Positions 1 through 8,632 of a stretch of DNA of 32,698 nt are shown here, piece by piece. The DNA lies in the IMG/VR virus record IMGVR_UViG_3300036825_000156, positions 1 to 32,698 of that record; one strand, 5' to 3'. A program made the position numbers and the translations under genes. How positions within the stretch are numbered: the first letter of the stretch is position 1; each line of letters opens with the position of its first letter. Source of the stretch: a virus. Lineage: Duplodnaviria > Caudoviricetes. The notes below the pieces were generated by a model. It was not told the DNA's origin and did not search any database. It saw nothing but the letters and a program-made list of their open reading frames with translations.

Positions 1-261
1 ATGAATAACCCCGTAGCTTCTCAAAATATGGCTCCAAATGGAACCATTAAAAATGACTGGCATAGAGCAGACATTGTTGCAGCCGTGAAGAAAAAAGGAA
101 CCACCTTGGCGGCTATATCTCGTGCTCAAGGTTGGCATGCAAGAACCTTGAATAACGCTTTGGATCGTCATTGGCCAAAGGGTGAAAACATTATAGCTAC
201 TGTCATTGGTGTTAGCCCTGCTGACATTTGGCCAACTCGTTACAGTGATGAGGCTGCGTAA
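1..261 (+). CDS. ner: Ner-like HTH transcriptional regulator
   Basis: DWHRADIVAAVKKKGTTLAAISR...TLNNALDRHWPKGENIIA...PADIWPTRY is the Ner/Nlp signature; lies immediately before the transposase with TAATG coupling. Confidence 0.95.
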   Translation: MNNPVASQNMAPNGTIKNDWHRADIVAAVKKKGTTLAAISRAQGWHARTLNNALDRHWPKGENIIATVIGVSPADIWPTRYSDEAA

Positions 262-2270
262 TGAGCGATGTCAGCATGAGCAACAACATTTGGTTATCAA
301 TAACCGAAATCTTAGGCGTACCAGGTTACCCAACAACCGAACGCGGTCTGAGAATGGCCATGGATAAACAAGCGTTAGCCCAGCCAGACATTCGGAGAAA
401 GCGCCAAGGTTCTAAAGCGTTTGAATACAACATCAACTGCTTGGCACCAGTTGCCCGCGCATACGTGTTGAAACAACGCGGCGAGATATGTTTGGGCGAA
501 AAAACCTACAAAGTGCCGAGTAGGAAAGAAGACTCTTATTGCCGTGAAGCTCTTTGGCATCACTGGGAATCGGCTACTGAAAAGCAGCGGCTTGCCGCGC
601 AGAAAAAGACCGAAGCCGTGCAAGCTGTTACTGCCTTAATTGATACAGGTATTGACGTAGTGACCGCATTCGATGCAGTGGCCGAAACCCATGAGGTATC
701 AGTTGCATCCGTTCGTCGCTGGTACTACTCGGCCCGCAAATTCTCCCGTGAAGATTGGATGGCGGCTCTGCTGGGGCAGTACGGTAAAAGCATCGAAACC
801 CGTCGTAAAAAAGAGGCTGATTGTGATCAGGAAGCGTGGGACTTCTTTTTGGCTGATTTCTTGCGCCCGGAGCGCCCAGCGCTGCGCACCGCATATGGCC
901 GTTTAGTTGAAACCGCCCAGGCTCGCGAATGGGGTATTCCAAGCCTGTCATCCATCCGTCGCAAGCTGGAGCGTGAGGTTCCTATTGAACAACGCGTTCT
1001 TCTTCGCGAGGGGGAACATGCTGCTATGCGTCTATTCCCTTCTCAAGAGCGCACTGTTGCCGACTTGACGGCAATGGAATGGGTTAACGGCGACGGCTAT
1101 CAGCATAACGTGTTTGTTCGCTGGTTTAACGGTGAGGTTATCCGCCCTAAAACCTGGATTTGGCAGGACGTAAAGACCCGCAAAATTCTGGCATGGCGTA
1201 CCGACGTCAGTGAGAACAGCGACTCAATCCGGCTCTCCCTTTCCGACATGATTGAGCGCTTCGGTATACCACGCAAATTGACTATCGATAACACGATGGC
1301 GGCGGCAAACAAATGGACTACCGGCGGTGTCCCTAACCGGTATCGCTTCAAAATAAAAGAAGACGACCCTAAAGGGATTATCCCGCTGTTGGGTATCGAA
1401 CTGCATTGGACTAGCGTCTTGTTTGGCCGTGGTCATGGCCAGGCTAAACCAGTGGAACGCGCATTTTCTCATGGCGGTCTCGGTGAAACCGTTGATAAAC
1501 ACCCGGCTTTGGCAGGTGCTCATACTGGCCCGAACCCGATGGACAAGCCTGATAATTACGGTGACCGGGTTATTGATGCAGCAGAGTTTTTGAAGGTATT
1601 GGCTGAGGGGATCGCGTTTTGGAATCGCCAGCCTAAGCGCCATACAGAGATGTGCCGGGGCATCCTGTCATTTGATCAGGCATTCGAAGAAAGCTATGAA
1701 CAGGCCACTATTCGTAAAGCAACGCCAGAGCAACGTCGTTTGCTTTTGCTGCCCGCCGAAGCGGTGCGGATCAGCGAGTCCGGCACATTTGTTATGGAAG
1801 CTGGCGGCAAAGTTCAGGCCAGAAAAAACCGCTACTTCAGCGAACGGCTGCTGGGCGTCAAACCGAACAAGATTGTGGTGCGCTTCGACCCGCAGAACCT
1901 GCATCAGAGTGTCCTGTGTTACACGCTAGACGGGCGTTTTATTTGCGAGGCGACCTGTATCGAAAGAACCGGCTTTGGCGATACACAGGCGGCGAGAGAG
2001 CATAACCGCAACCGTACACAATTTGTTAAACGCACCAAGGAAGCCGCCGCAGCAGCGAAACGAATGACGGCGCTCGAAGCTGCCGAACTCATGCCAGAAA
2101 CCGTACCGCCAGCCCCACCTGAATCCAGGGTGGTGGAAATGCTGCGCCCTGTTGGCAATACGCTACGTAAGCAAATGGTGGAGGAAAGGATTGAAGAAGA
2201 TGAGTCAGAAGAAGCCTTTAGCAATGCAATAAGCCAGCTATATAACGCGTTTCAGAATAAACAGATTTAA
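261..2270 (+). CDS. A: Mu-type DDE transposase (MuA)
   Basis: 669 aa; N-terminal Mu DNA-binding domain (W.SITEILGVPGYPTT...FEYNINCL); catalytic motifs NGDGY, TIDNT, AKPVERAF; C-terminal VRFDPQNL barrel. Confidence 0.97.
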   Translation: MSDVSMSNNIWLSITEILGVPGYPTTERGLRMAMDKQALAQPDIRRKRQGSKAFEYNINCLAPVARAYVLKQRGEICLGEKTYKVPSRKEDSYCREALWHHWESATEKQRLAAQKKTEAVQAVTALIDTGIDVVTAFDAVAETHEVSVASVRRWYYSARKFSREDWMAALLGQYGKSIETRRKKEADCDQEAWDFFLADFLRPERPALRTAYGRLVETAQAREWGIPSLSSIRRKLEREVPIEQRVLLREGEHAAMRLFPSQERTVADLTAMEWVNGDGYQHNVFVRWFNGEVIRPKTWIWQDVKTRKILAWRTDVSENSDSIRLSLSDMIERFGIPRKLTIDNTMAAANKWTTGGVPNRYRFKIKEDDPKGIIPLLGIELHWTSVLFGRGHGQAKPVERAFSHGGLGETVDKHPALAGAHTGPNPMDKPDNYGDRVIDAAEFLKVLAEGIAFWNRQPKRHTEMCRGILSFDQAFEESYEQATIRKATPEQRRLLLLPAEAVRISESGTFVMEAGGKVQARKNRYFSERLLGVKPNKIVVRFDPQNLHQSVLCYTLDGRFICEATCIERTGFGDTQAAREHNRNRTQFVKRTKEAAAAAKRMTALEAAELMPETVPPAPPESRVVEMLRPVGNTLRKQMVEERIEEDESEEAFSNAISQLYNAFQNKQI

Positions 2271-2282
2271 TGGAGAGTAATT

Positions 2283-3239
2283 ATGACAAACGTAATTGAG
2301 TTAGACCAACAACAAGAAAAGATTGCTGATGTTCGCGCAAAAGTTCGCACCATCGTTGAAAGCTCCGATGTGACTTACGCCGCCGTTGCCCGTGAAGCGG
2401 GAATATCAACCAGCGTAATCTCTCAATTCGTTAAGGGTGAATATCGCGGTGATAACAATGGCGTCGCTGCGAAAATCAGTGTGTGGCTGGATAACCGCAA
2501 TCGCCGTGCAAATGATATGCCGGTAGCCCCTGATTTCATCCCTACGCGAACCGTTAAGCAAATTTGGGATGCGCTGCAATATGCACAACTGGCGCAGTGT
2601 ATCACGGTCATTTATGGCAACTCTGGTGTTGGAAAAACCCGCGCACTTCAGCAGTTCGCAGCTGATCGTCCAAACGTGTGGCTGATAACAGTATCCCCGT
2701 CACGCTCGAGCCTAAGTGAATGCCTGTATGAGTTGGCATTGGAGCTGGGTATTGGTGACGCACCGCGCCGTTCTGGTCAGTTAGGCCGCGCTATCCGTCG
2801 CAAATTGCGTGGCACTAATGGTGTGGTACTGGTCGATGAAGCCGATCACCTAGATTACTCCGTGCTTGAGGAGTTGCGTATTTTGCAAGAAGAAACCGGC
2901 GTTGGCTTGGCGCTGATTGGTAACCATCAGGTTTACGGAAAATTGACTGGTGGCAGTAGCCGTAACATGGACTTTGCCCGCCTCTTCAGCCGTATAGCAA
3001 AAAAGGTTTCAATCCTGAAAACCAAGAAGGCTGACGTGGAAGCGATAGCCGATGCGTGGGGGCTGAATGGCAAAGCAGAACGGGAGTTGATCCATGCGCT
3101 GGCGGACAAGCCTGGCGCGTTGCGCACCATCTCCCACACCCTCCGTTTGGCGTCGATGTTTGCACGTGGCAGTAACGAAGCTATGACCGAAAAGCATATT
3201 CGCGCCGCAGTTAAAGACCTGGAAGGAACATCCGCATGA
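2283..3239 (+). CDS. B: MuB AAA+ ATPase / target DNA activator
   Basis: N-terminal HTH, Walker A GNSGVGKT, Walker B VLVDEADHL, LFSRI arginine-finger region; follows A; GGAG RBS. Confidence 0.96.
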   Translation: MTNVIELDQQQEKIADVRAKVRTIVESSDVTYAAVAREAGISTSVISQFVKGEYRGDNNGVAAKISVWLDNRNRRANDMPVAPDFIPTRTVKQIWDALQYAQLAQCITVIYGNSGVGKTRALQQFAADRPNVWLITVSPSRSSLSECLYELALELGIGDAPRRSGQLGRAIRRKLRGTNGVVLVDEADHLDYSVLEELRILQEETGVGLALIGNHQVYGKLTGGSSRNMDFARLFSRIAKKVSILKTKKADVEAIADAWGLNGKAERELIHALADKPGALRTISHTLRLASMFARGSNEAMTEKHIRAAVKDLEGTSA

Positions 3240-3433
3240 TTAACCCAACGAAGCTGGTGAATGCATTGGGCTGGCTGCAACGCCGCAATATCGAAATTAA
3301 GCATGTGAATGTCAGCCGCTCCCGACCAATCGTAGAAGTGACAGCACCGGATGCCGACTTAAAACGCAAGGCTCACAACTATCACGCAGTCTCTGCCGCA
3401 ACTATCCAGGGCTGCATTATTTACTGGAGGTAA
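3236..3433 (+). CDS. Small early-region hypothetical protein
   Basis: ATGA overlap with the B stop; 65 aa ending GCIIYWR; fills the operon without a gap. Confidence 0.75.
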   Translation: MINPTKLVNALGWLQRRNIEIKHVNVSRSRPIVEVTAPDADLKRKAHNYHAVSAATIQGCIIYWR

Positions 3434-3436
3434 TCT

Positions 3437-3712
3437 ATGAAATTTATCGCCTATGCCTGGGCTAGTGGCTTAATCGAGTTTGGCAACGTCACCCCAGACG
3501 GTGCGTTACCAATCCTCGTTGGGCAAGAAGAAAAGGCAGTGAAGGAAGTCATTGATGTATTAGCGCGGCATTCCCGCATCAATAATCAATTGTTGGTTCC
3601 GGGTGTTCCTGAAGCCTATGACCAGCATTCAGCAATGGATGCATTAATGTATTTTTCAAATGTCGCCAAAAGAAATTACGCAGACTTAATTAAAGGTGAA
3701 AGTCATGAATAA
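3437..3712 (+). CDS. Conserved Mu-like early protein (AYAWASGLIEFG type; homologs are often labelled host nuclease inhibitor, function unverified)
   Basis: Strong RBS GGAGG; motifs AYAWASGLIEFG..PDGALPI and LLVPGVPEA recalled from Mu-like phages. Confidence 0.7.
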   Translation: MKFIAYAWASGLIEFGNVTPDGALPILVGQEEKAVKEVIDVLARHSRINNQLLVPGVPEAYDQHSAMDALMYFSNVAKRNYADLIKGESHE

Positions 3713-4319
3713 AGAGATTGAACAAACCGGCTACCGTAAAAACGCACAGGGCCATCTGGTGCCTGAAAATCTAATCCGCCCTGTTGATAAACTGCGTGAT
3801 GATGTAGTGCTGAAAATTGTCTCAGCGGCCAAGGCCCTACGTGAAGTAATGGCCGTGTTTAAAATTGAGTCCATGGGGCAAATTGAAGATTTCGTTGACC
3901 TCTCGGCAAGCGAGTACGGCGTTGAATTCGGCGGTGCAAAAGGCAACGTGTTGTTGTCTAGCTTTGATGGTCGCTACCAGGTACGCCGGGCCATTGGTGA
4001 TCACCGGGTGTTTGACGAGCGTATTCAGGCAGCGAAAAAGCTTATTGATGAGTGTCTGATCGCCTGGTCAGATGGTGCCAGTGATAATTTGCGGGCGCTT
4101 GTTGAGCACGCATTCCGGGTGAATAAGCAGGGCCGTATTGATGTTAACCAGGTACTCAGTCTGCGCCAGTTGGATATCGATGATGACAAATGGCGTGAAG
4201 CGATGGAGGCTATCGCCGACTCAATCACGATAACTGGAACCAGCCAGTATTTACGGATTTATGAACGCCAGAAAAATGGCAAGTATGTACAGATTAGCCT
4301 GGATATCTCAGGGGTTTAA
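3705..4319 (+). CDS. DUF3164-family protein
   Basis: GYRKNAQGHLVP...DKLRD...GGAKGNV.L.SFDG...FDERIQAAK.LIDEC...W.EAMEAIADS...YLRIYER pattern; ATG at 3705 preferred over GTG at 3696 (AAGGTG RBS). Confidence 0.85.
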   Translation: MNKEIEQTGYRKNAQGHLVPENLIRPVDKLRDDVVLKIVSAAKALREVMAVFKIESMGQIEDFVDLSASEYGVEFGGAKGNVLLSSFDGRYQVRRAIGDHRVFDERIQAAKKLIDECLIAWSDGASDNLRALVEHAFRVNKQGRIDVNQVLSLRQLDIDDDKWREAMEAIADSITITGTSQYLRIYERQKNGKYVQISLDISGV

Positions 4320-4320
4320 T

Positions 4321-4518
4321 ATGAAGCCAATAAGCGCCAAGGAATTCAATCGAACGCATAAAGCCGGGACTGTATTCAGTTATCAACCTGCAAAGGAAAT
4401 ATGTTTTATCCTGGTGAAAACCCTGGGGCCTGCGCGAGATTTTGAAAAATCTGGCACTGTTGTCGAGATCAACAAAGCGCCATATTTCGTAAGAGTTACC
4501 ACGCTGACCGCAGTTTAA
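4321..4518 (+). CDS. Small hypothetical protein (MKPISAKEFNRTHKAG...)
   Basis: ATG at 4321, right after the previous stop, with a GGGG RBS; the track's 4261 start overlaps the upstream gene. Confidence 0.7.
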   Translation: MKPISAKEFNRTHKAGTVFSYQPAKEICFILVKTLGPARDFEKSGTVVEINKAPYFVRVTTLTAV

Positions 4519-4593
4519 TTATCATCATTGCAATTTATTGGCGTAGTCGCGCCAGGATGCGTTTACGCCAAAATCAAGTTTATAGAGGTATTT

Positions 4594-5151
4594 ATGATGG
4601 ATAAGCCGCAATTAATCAGGCTGATTCATGTAGCCAAAGGTAAGTTAAAAATGGACGATGATACGTATCGCGTATTGTTGGCCAACACTGCAAATGGAAA
4701 AACCAGTTGCAGCTTAATGTCTCTTGCAGAATTGAATGATGTTTATTCAGCACTAAAACAATGTGGATTTAAACGCTCTTTAAAAAAACCATCTGAGCGA
4801 GTGAAACCAAATTCAAAGGGTAAACCCCGTGCTGAAGAAACAACAAAAATCCGGGCGATCTGGCTCGTCATGTTTCGCCATGGTTTTGTTGGCAGTGATA
4901 GTGAATTGGCTCTGAACGCATATGTGAAGCGCATGACCTCGCAACTCAATAAAGGGGTTGGCGTTGATGAAGTGGGCTGGCTTGATGGCTGGTTGGCATT
5001 AAGGGTGCTGGAGTGTATTAAGCAATGGCATATTCGTTTAATGCTGGAGTCAATGCAGGCCAGACATAAACCCTATCCAGTTAACCCACGTACCGGCTTT
5101 GAGTCGCGAGATTACGCCATTATTGCTGATGCTTATGAGGACAGTTTATGA
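4594..5151 (+). CDS. gemA: GemA / Mu gp16 (DUF1018) family protein
   Basis: LIRLIHVAKGKLKMDDDTYR.LL....GKTSC..M...EL..V...LK..GF; KIRAIW; ALNAYVKR; VLECIKQW. Start reassigned to the ATG at 4594 after GAGGT. Confidence 0.88.
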   Translation: MMDKPQLIRLIHVAKGKLKMDDDTYRVLLANTANGKTSCSLMSLAELNDVYSALKQCGFKRSLKKPSERVKPNSKGKPRAEETTKIRAIWLVMFRHGFVGSDSELALNAYVKRMTSQLNKGVGVDEVGWLDGWLALRVLECIKQWHIRLMLESMQARHKPYPVNPRTGFESRDYAIIADAYEDSL

Positions 5152-5675
5152 AAATCGCACGTTGTCCAGTATGCCATTCAGATCTACACCTTGACGCTCT
5201 CCTGGAAGATGATGCAGGCCGGGAGTTACTGAAGGTTTTGACCAAGCTACCTGGCGCTGGAGCAAAAGCTATGGTGGCCTATATCGCTTTGTTCCGACCT
5301 GAAAAATCAAACCTCTCGAACTCACGCGCCGTGAAATTAGTTAATGAGGTTCTGGAGCAACACCAGCCTGGCCGGGTTCTTACTCATGCGTTAAGTGAAA
5401 CTGTCGAGCGCATACGGGCCAAGCGCAATAACGGCGATACAAAACCGTTGAACAATCACCGGTATTTGTTAGAGGTTTACCGTTCCTCGGAGCAGATATT
5501 TGCGCAGAGCAGTAATATCGCAGTCCGTGAAAAGGATGCTGGCAAACGTGAAATTGATCATGACCGTGGTCGCGATGATTACCTGGCTCAGATGCATGGT
5601 TTTGGTCGAGATGTAACGACGCTACCGGGCGGCATCGAGTGGCTGGAGCGTACCCAAGGGGGAAAAAATGGCTGA
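5148..5675 (+). CDS. Conserved Mu-like hypothetical protein with N-terminal CxxC
   Basis: MKIARCPVCHSDLHLDAL...YIALFRP.K..LSNSRA...KPLNNHRYL; ATGA overlap with gemA. Confidence 0.8.
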   Translation: MKIARCPVCHSDLHLDALLEDDAGRELLKVLTKLPGAGAKAMVAYIALFRPEKSNLSNSRAVKLVNEVLEQHQPGRVLTHALSETVERIRAKRNNGDTKPLNNHRYLLEVYRSSEQIFAQSSNIAVREKDAGKREIDHDRGRDDYLAQMHGFGRDVTTLPGGIEWLERTQGGKNG

Positions 5676-6063
5676 TAATCTTGAGTTGTTCGACGATGAG
5701 TGTGATGACAGCATTTTGGAGCATTTCGAAGGCGATGAAGCCGAGCGCGCCAAGTTCCCGGCCCTACTTGCCGAACTCAATGCTTTGCTGAAAACAGAGT
5801 TGGAACGGCTGGGTGGAAATCCCAACCACTCCCTTGAACTGGTGGTTGCAATCAGCAAGCAAATTGGTGGTATCCAGGTATATTTACCCCGTGGCCAGGC
5901 ACTTGAATTTCTGGTTAGGGACATTAAAATCTGGCAAGATTTTGATGGCCGTAATGTGCAGGAACTTGCGAATCGCTACCATGTAACCTTCAAAACCGTG
6001 TATAAAGCTATCCGAAGGATGAGGCGACTAGAAACCCAGAAAAGACAACCGCAGCTATTTTGA
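5668..6063 (+). CDS. mor: Mor/C-family transcription activator
   Basis: GGIQVYLPRG...RDIKIWQDFDGRNVQELANRYHVT..TVYKAI...QPQLF is the Mor/C signature. Confidence 0.93.
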   Translation: MADNLELFDDECDDSILEHFEGDEAERAKFPALLAELNALLKTELERLGGNPNHSLELVVAISKQIGGIQVYLPRGQALEFLVRDIKIWQDFDGRNVQELANRYHVTFKTVYKAIRRMRRLETQKRQPQLF

Positions 6064-6070
6064 GGATACG

Positions 6071-6565
6071 ATGAAAAGGATAAGTGTTGTTGGCCTAATG
6101 GCAATTTTATTTTTCAACGCAAACATTGTTAATGCAGATACATATTTACCTAAGCAAAGTGAGTTGATTAATAAGTTTCACTCCCTGAATTTAGTACAGC
6201 AGAATCAATGGCAAGATGCTAAGTCTGATTCGGGTATGAAATTAAAGACAGCCCAGGTGGGCCATGATGCTTATTCTATTTCTGACAATGCTGTTTCAGC
6301 AATCATGATGCTGCCTGGGAAAGACTCCAAAGCTGAAGGAGCACATGTTGTATCAGTCTGTTCTAGCCTGGCAAATGTAGTCATGCCAAAGGTTGAGTTG
6401 GAGCAACTGAACTCAATTAAAAATGTCATAGTAAAATCTGCTATGAACATGGGCAGTGCAGAAAATGATTTAGTTGATGGCTACATGTTTTCAGCAAAAG
6501 CTCTTGCCTTTGATAGTACGCCAGTTATAGCGTGTAAAATTGAAGGTTTTGTTACCTGGAATTAA
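6071..6565 (+). CDS. Exported hypothetical protein (moron-like)
   Basis: Sec-type signal MKRISVVGLMAILFFNANIVNA; visibly AT-rich DNA; GAGGA RBS; followed by a terminator. Confidence 0.8.
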   Translation: MKRISVVGLMAILFFNANIVNADTYLPKQSELINKFHSLNLVQQNQWQDAKSDSGMKLKTAQVGHDAYSISDNAVSAIMMLPGKDSKAEGAHVVSVCSSLANVVMPKVELEQLNSIKNVIVKSAMNMGSAENDLVDGYMFSAKALAFDSTPVIACKIEGFVTWN

Positions 6566-6586
6566 AATCCCTTTAGACTATGCATT

Positions 6587-6611
6587 AAAGCCGGTTAATC
6601 CGGCTTTTTTT
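6587..6611 (+). terminator. Rho-independent terminator closing the early/middle region
   Basis: AAAGCCGG-TTAAT-CCGGCTTT stem-loop running into a T7 tract. Confidence 0.88.
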
Positions 6612-6675
6612 ATGCCTGCCGCACTATGGAATTCTACTGATTACTTTATCCAGTCAGATTTTCAGAGGTGCAAAT

Positions 6676-7257
6676 GTGAGTCAATTCAATCCTACCCCAG
6701 CTTTTAATCACGCAATTGCTTTTGTCCTTGGCAAAGAAGGTGGCTATGTCAATGACCCCACGGACAGAGGCGGTGAAACCAAGTTTGGTATTTCCGATAA
6801 ACGTGACGGCATTGCCGATGGCATGACCGACGTCGATGGCGACGGTAAACCAGACACCCGCATTAAAGAATTAACCCTCGAACAATCCGGACAAATTTAT
6901 TTCCGTGATTACTGGTATCCATCTTATTGCCCTAATTGGCCGGATGGCATCTCGCTGATCGTCTTTGACGCTGCCGTTCAACATGGCGTTAAAAAGGCTA
7001 TCTCACTGCTGCAAGATGCAGCCGGTGTAACAGCGGATGGCATCGTTGGCGCCAAAACCCGAGCCGCCGTTTTGTCCGCAGATCCTGAATGGCTCCTCAC
7101 TCGTTACCTGCTGCGCCGGGCGCGTTACTACGCCGAAATAATGAAGGCTAATTCCAGCCAGGCCAAATACCTCAATGGCTGGTTTAACCGCCTGGACAGC
7201 GTGGCGAATGCTGCCTGGGAAGTTGTGGGGGGTTCTGTCTCGGTAGTTCGGGGCTAA
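6676..7257 (+). CDS. Endolysin, glycoside hydrolase family 108 with C-terminal peptidoglycan-binding domain
   Basis: EGGYVNDPTDRGGETKFGI catalytic motif; FDAAVQHG; ADGIVGAKT; YLNGWFNR. GTG start with GAGGTG RBS. Confidence 0.93.
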   Translation: MSQFNPTPAFNHAIAFVLGKEGGYVNDPTDRGGETKFGISDKRDGIADGMTDVDGDGKPDTRIKELTLEQSGQIYFRDYWYPSYCPNWPDGISLIVFDAAVQHGVKKAISLLQDAAGVTADGIVGAKTRAAVLSADPEWLLTRYLLRRARYYAEIMKANSSQAKYLNGWFNRLDSVANAAWEVVGGSVSVVRG

Positions 7258-7259
7258 CT

Positions 7260-7487
7260 GTGGGCAAAGGTTGGGATGAATCATTCCGTAATGGCCGACG
7301 TGATCGCCTCAAAAAAGAGGTGCTTCACCGTATGGCTGGTGGCCCCAAACCGGAGCCGGTTGATTACAGGGGTTGCGATGGTACTCATGCCAGCTTTTAC
7401 AGGAGGGGCTGGGAGTCAGTCGGCCCCAGGGATATCGCTTGGCAATGCCAGCGTTACAAGGAAAAACACCATGTTGAAAATCATTGA
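7260..7487 (+). CDS. Small basic protein in the lysis cassette (weak RMF-like resemblance)
   Basis: 75-aa ORF fills the gap between the endolysin and the membrane-protein gene; GTG start. Confidence 0.65.
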   Translation: MGKGWDESFRNGRRDRLKKEVLHRMAGGPKPEPVDYRGCDGTHASFYRRGWESVGPRDIAWQCQRYKEKHHVENH

Positions 7488-7800
7488 TTCGCCCTGGCTG
7501 GCCGTTGTTTTGCTGGTCAGCTCATTAGGGTTAGCGTTGAGCGTGGAATTTGCATCTCTTGGATTTTGGTTCCTGGCATTGCTCGGGGGATGCATTTCCG
7601 GAGCTGCAATGGCTATGGAATACAAGCCGTTTACACCACGGGAATTTGCGTCAACGGTGACTGTTACCGTCGGTAACATGCTGTCGCTATATGCGGTTTT
7701 CATTGGGCCACAATCTGCGGTTCAGGTCGTGGCTTTTTTTGCCGGTGTGGTTGCCCTTCGACAAGCTGTGATTAAGGGGCTGTTGCCATGGATCCAATAA
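7471..7800 (+). CDS. Small multi-pass membrane protein (holin/antiholin candidate)
   Basis: ATG at 7471 after AAGGA; about four hydrophobic segments in 109 aa; lysis-region context. Confidence 0.65.
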   Translation: MLKIIDSPWLAVVLLVSSLGLALSVEFASLGFWFLALLGGCISGAAMAMEYKPFTPREFASTVTVTVGNMLSLYAVFIGPQSAVQVVAFFAGVVALRQAVIKGLLPWIQ

Positions 7801-8393
7801 CCATTTCAGCCGTTGCCAGCGTTTTGATGAAAGCTGGCCCTGCCGTGCTTCGTTCTGTCGGTAGTCTGTTTGGTGGGGATACGGCCAAAACCGCTGACTC
7901 TGTTGCGGGGATCGTTGAGGCAGTTCACGGAGCAGTCAGCCCACAAGACCAACAACGCGTACTCGAACAGAAATTGGCGCAGCTCCCGCCAGCCGAGTTC
8001 GTTCAGCTTCAGTCATTGAAAGTTCAGTTGGAACAGTTCCAGTTAGAGCGAGACAAGGCTCTTTTGGCAGACCAACAGGCCGCACATCATGAACAGCAGG
8101 AAACTATCCGCAGCGGTGACAACGCAGTGGATGAGTACGTACGGCGTACCAGGCCACTGATGGCCAGGCTTTCTCTGTATAGCTGCATTCTTTATGTACT
8201 ACTGCTGGCCATCGGGCAGCAAGTTGCGGCCATCGCTACGGCGGCGGGCCACACTATGAGTATGCCTGAACCAGATTGGGATATTGCCTTGATGTTGGCC
8301 ACGCCAGCGCTGGGCTACCTCGGTTTCCGTACGCTGGATGGGTTCGCCCGCTTCAGCAAATCCAGCAAACACAAAATGCCGGTGGTTAAGTAA
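7788..8393 (+). CDS. Putative holin-like membrane protein (N-terminal hydrophobic helix, coiled coil, two C-terminal TM segments)
   Basis: D.YVRRTRP motif before the TM segments and LGYLGFRTLD after them, as in 3TM/GTA-type holins. Confidence 0.65.
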   Translation: MDPITISAVASVLMKAGPAVLRSVGSLFGGDTAKTADSVAGIVEAVHGAVSPQDQQRVLEQKLAQLPPAEFVQLQSLKVQLEQFQLERDKALLADQQAAHHEQQETIRSGDNAVDEYVRRTRPLMARLSLYSCILYVLLLAIGQQVAAIATAAGHTMSMPEPDWDIALMLATPALGYLGFRTLDGFARFSKSSKHKMPVVK

Positions 8394-8632
8394 TGGCTGA
8401 CGAATTTGACCGCGCTAGCGCATTGGAAATTGATGACCGGCAACGGGCGTTAAACGCCCATTTAAACCGTGTTAAAGCCACCCCGATTAACCACGGTTTT
8501 TGCGATGACTGCGGAGCAGTGATTCCAATCCTGCGCTTGGCTTCCTTACCGGATGCGGTGTGCTGTGTGAGCTGCCAAGAAATCAGAGAACTACAGGAGG
8601 CCCAGCGTGGATTGGGAAATCGTCAAAGGTAA
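8393..8632 (+). CDS. TraR/DksA C4-type zinc finger protein
   Basis: N-terminal DEFDRA (DxxDxA); CDDCG..IP..RL...P....CVSCQ. Confidence 0.92.
   Translation: MADEFDRASALEIDDRQRALNAHLNRVKATPINHGFCDDCGAVIPILRLASLPDAVCCVSCQEIRELQEAQRGLGNRQR

Noticed and set aside
7543-7800. LGGC lipobox-like sequence suggesting a unimolecular spanin
   Set aside because: The Cys is at residue ~41 of the likely protein, the alternative start lacks a basic N-region, and the remainder is short and hydrophobic.
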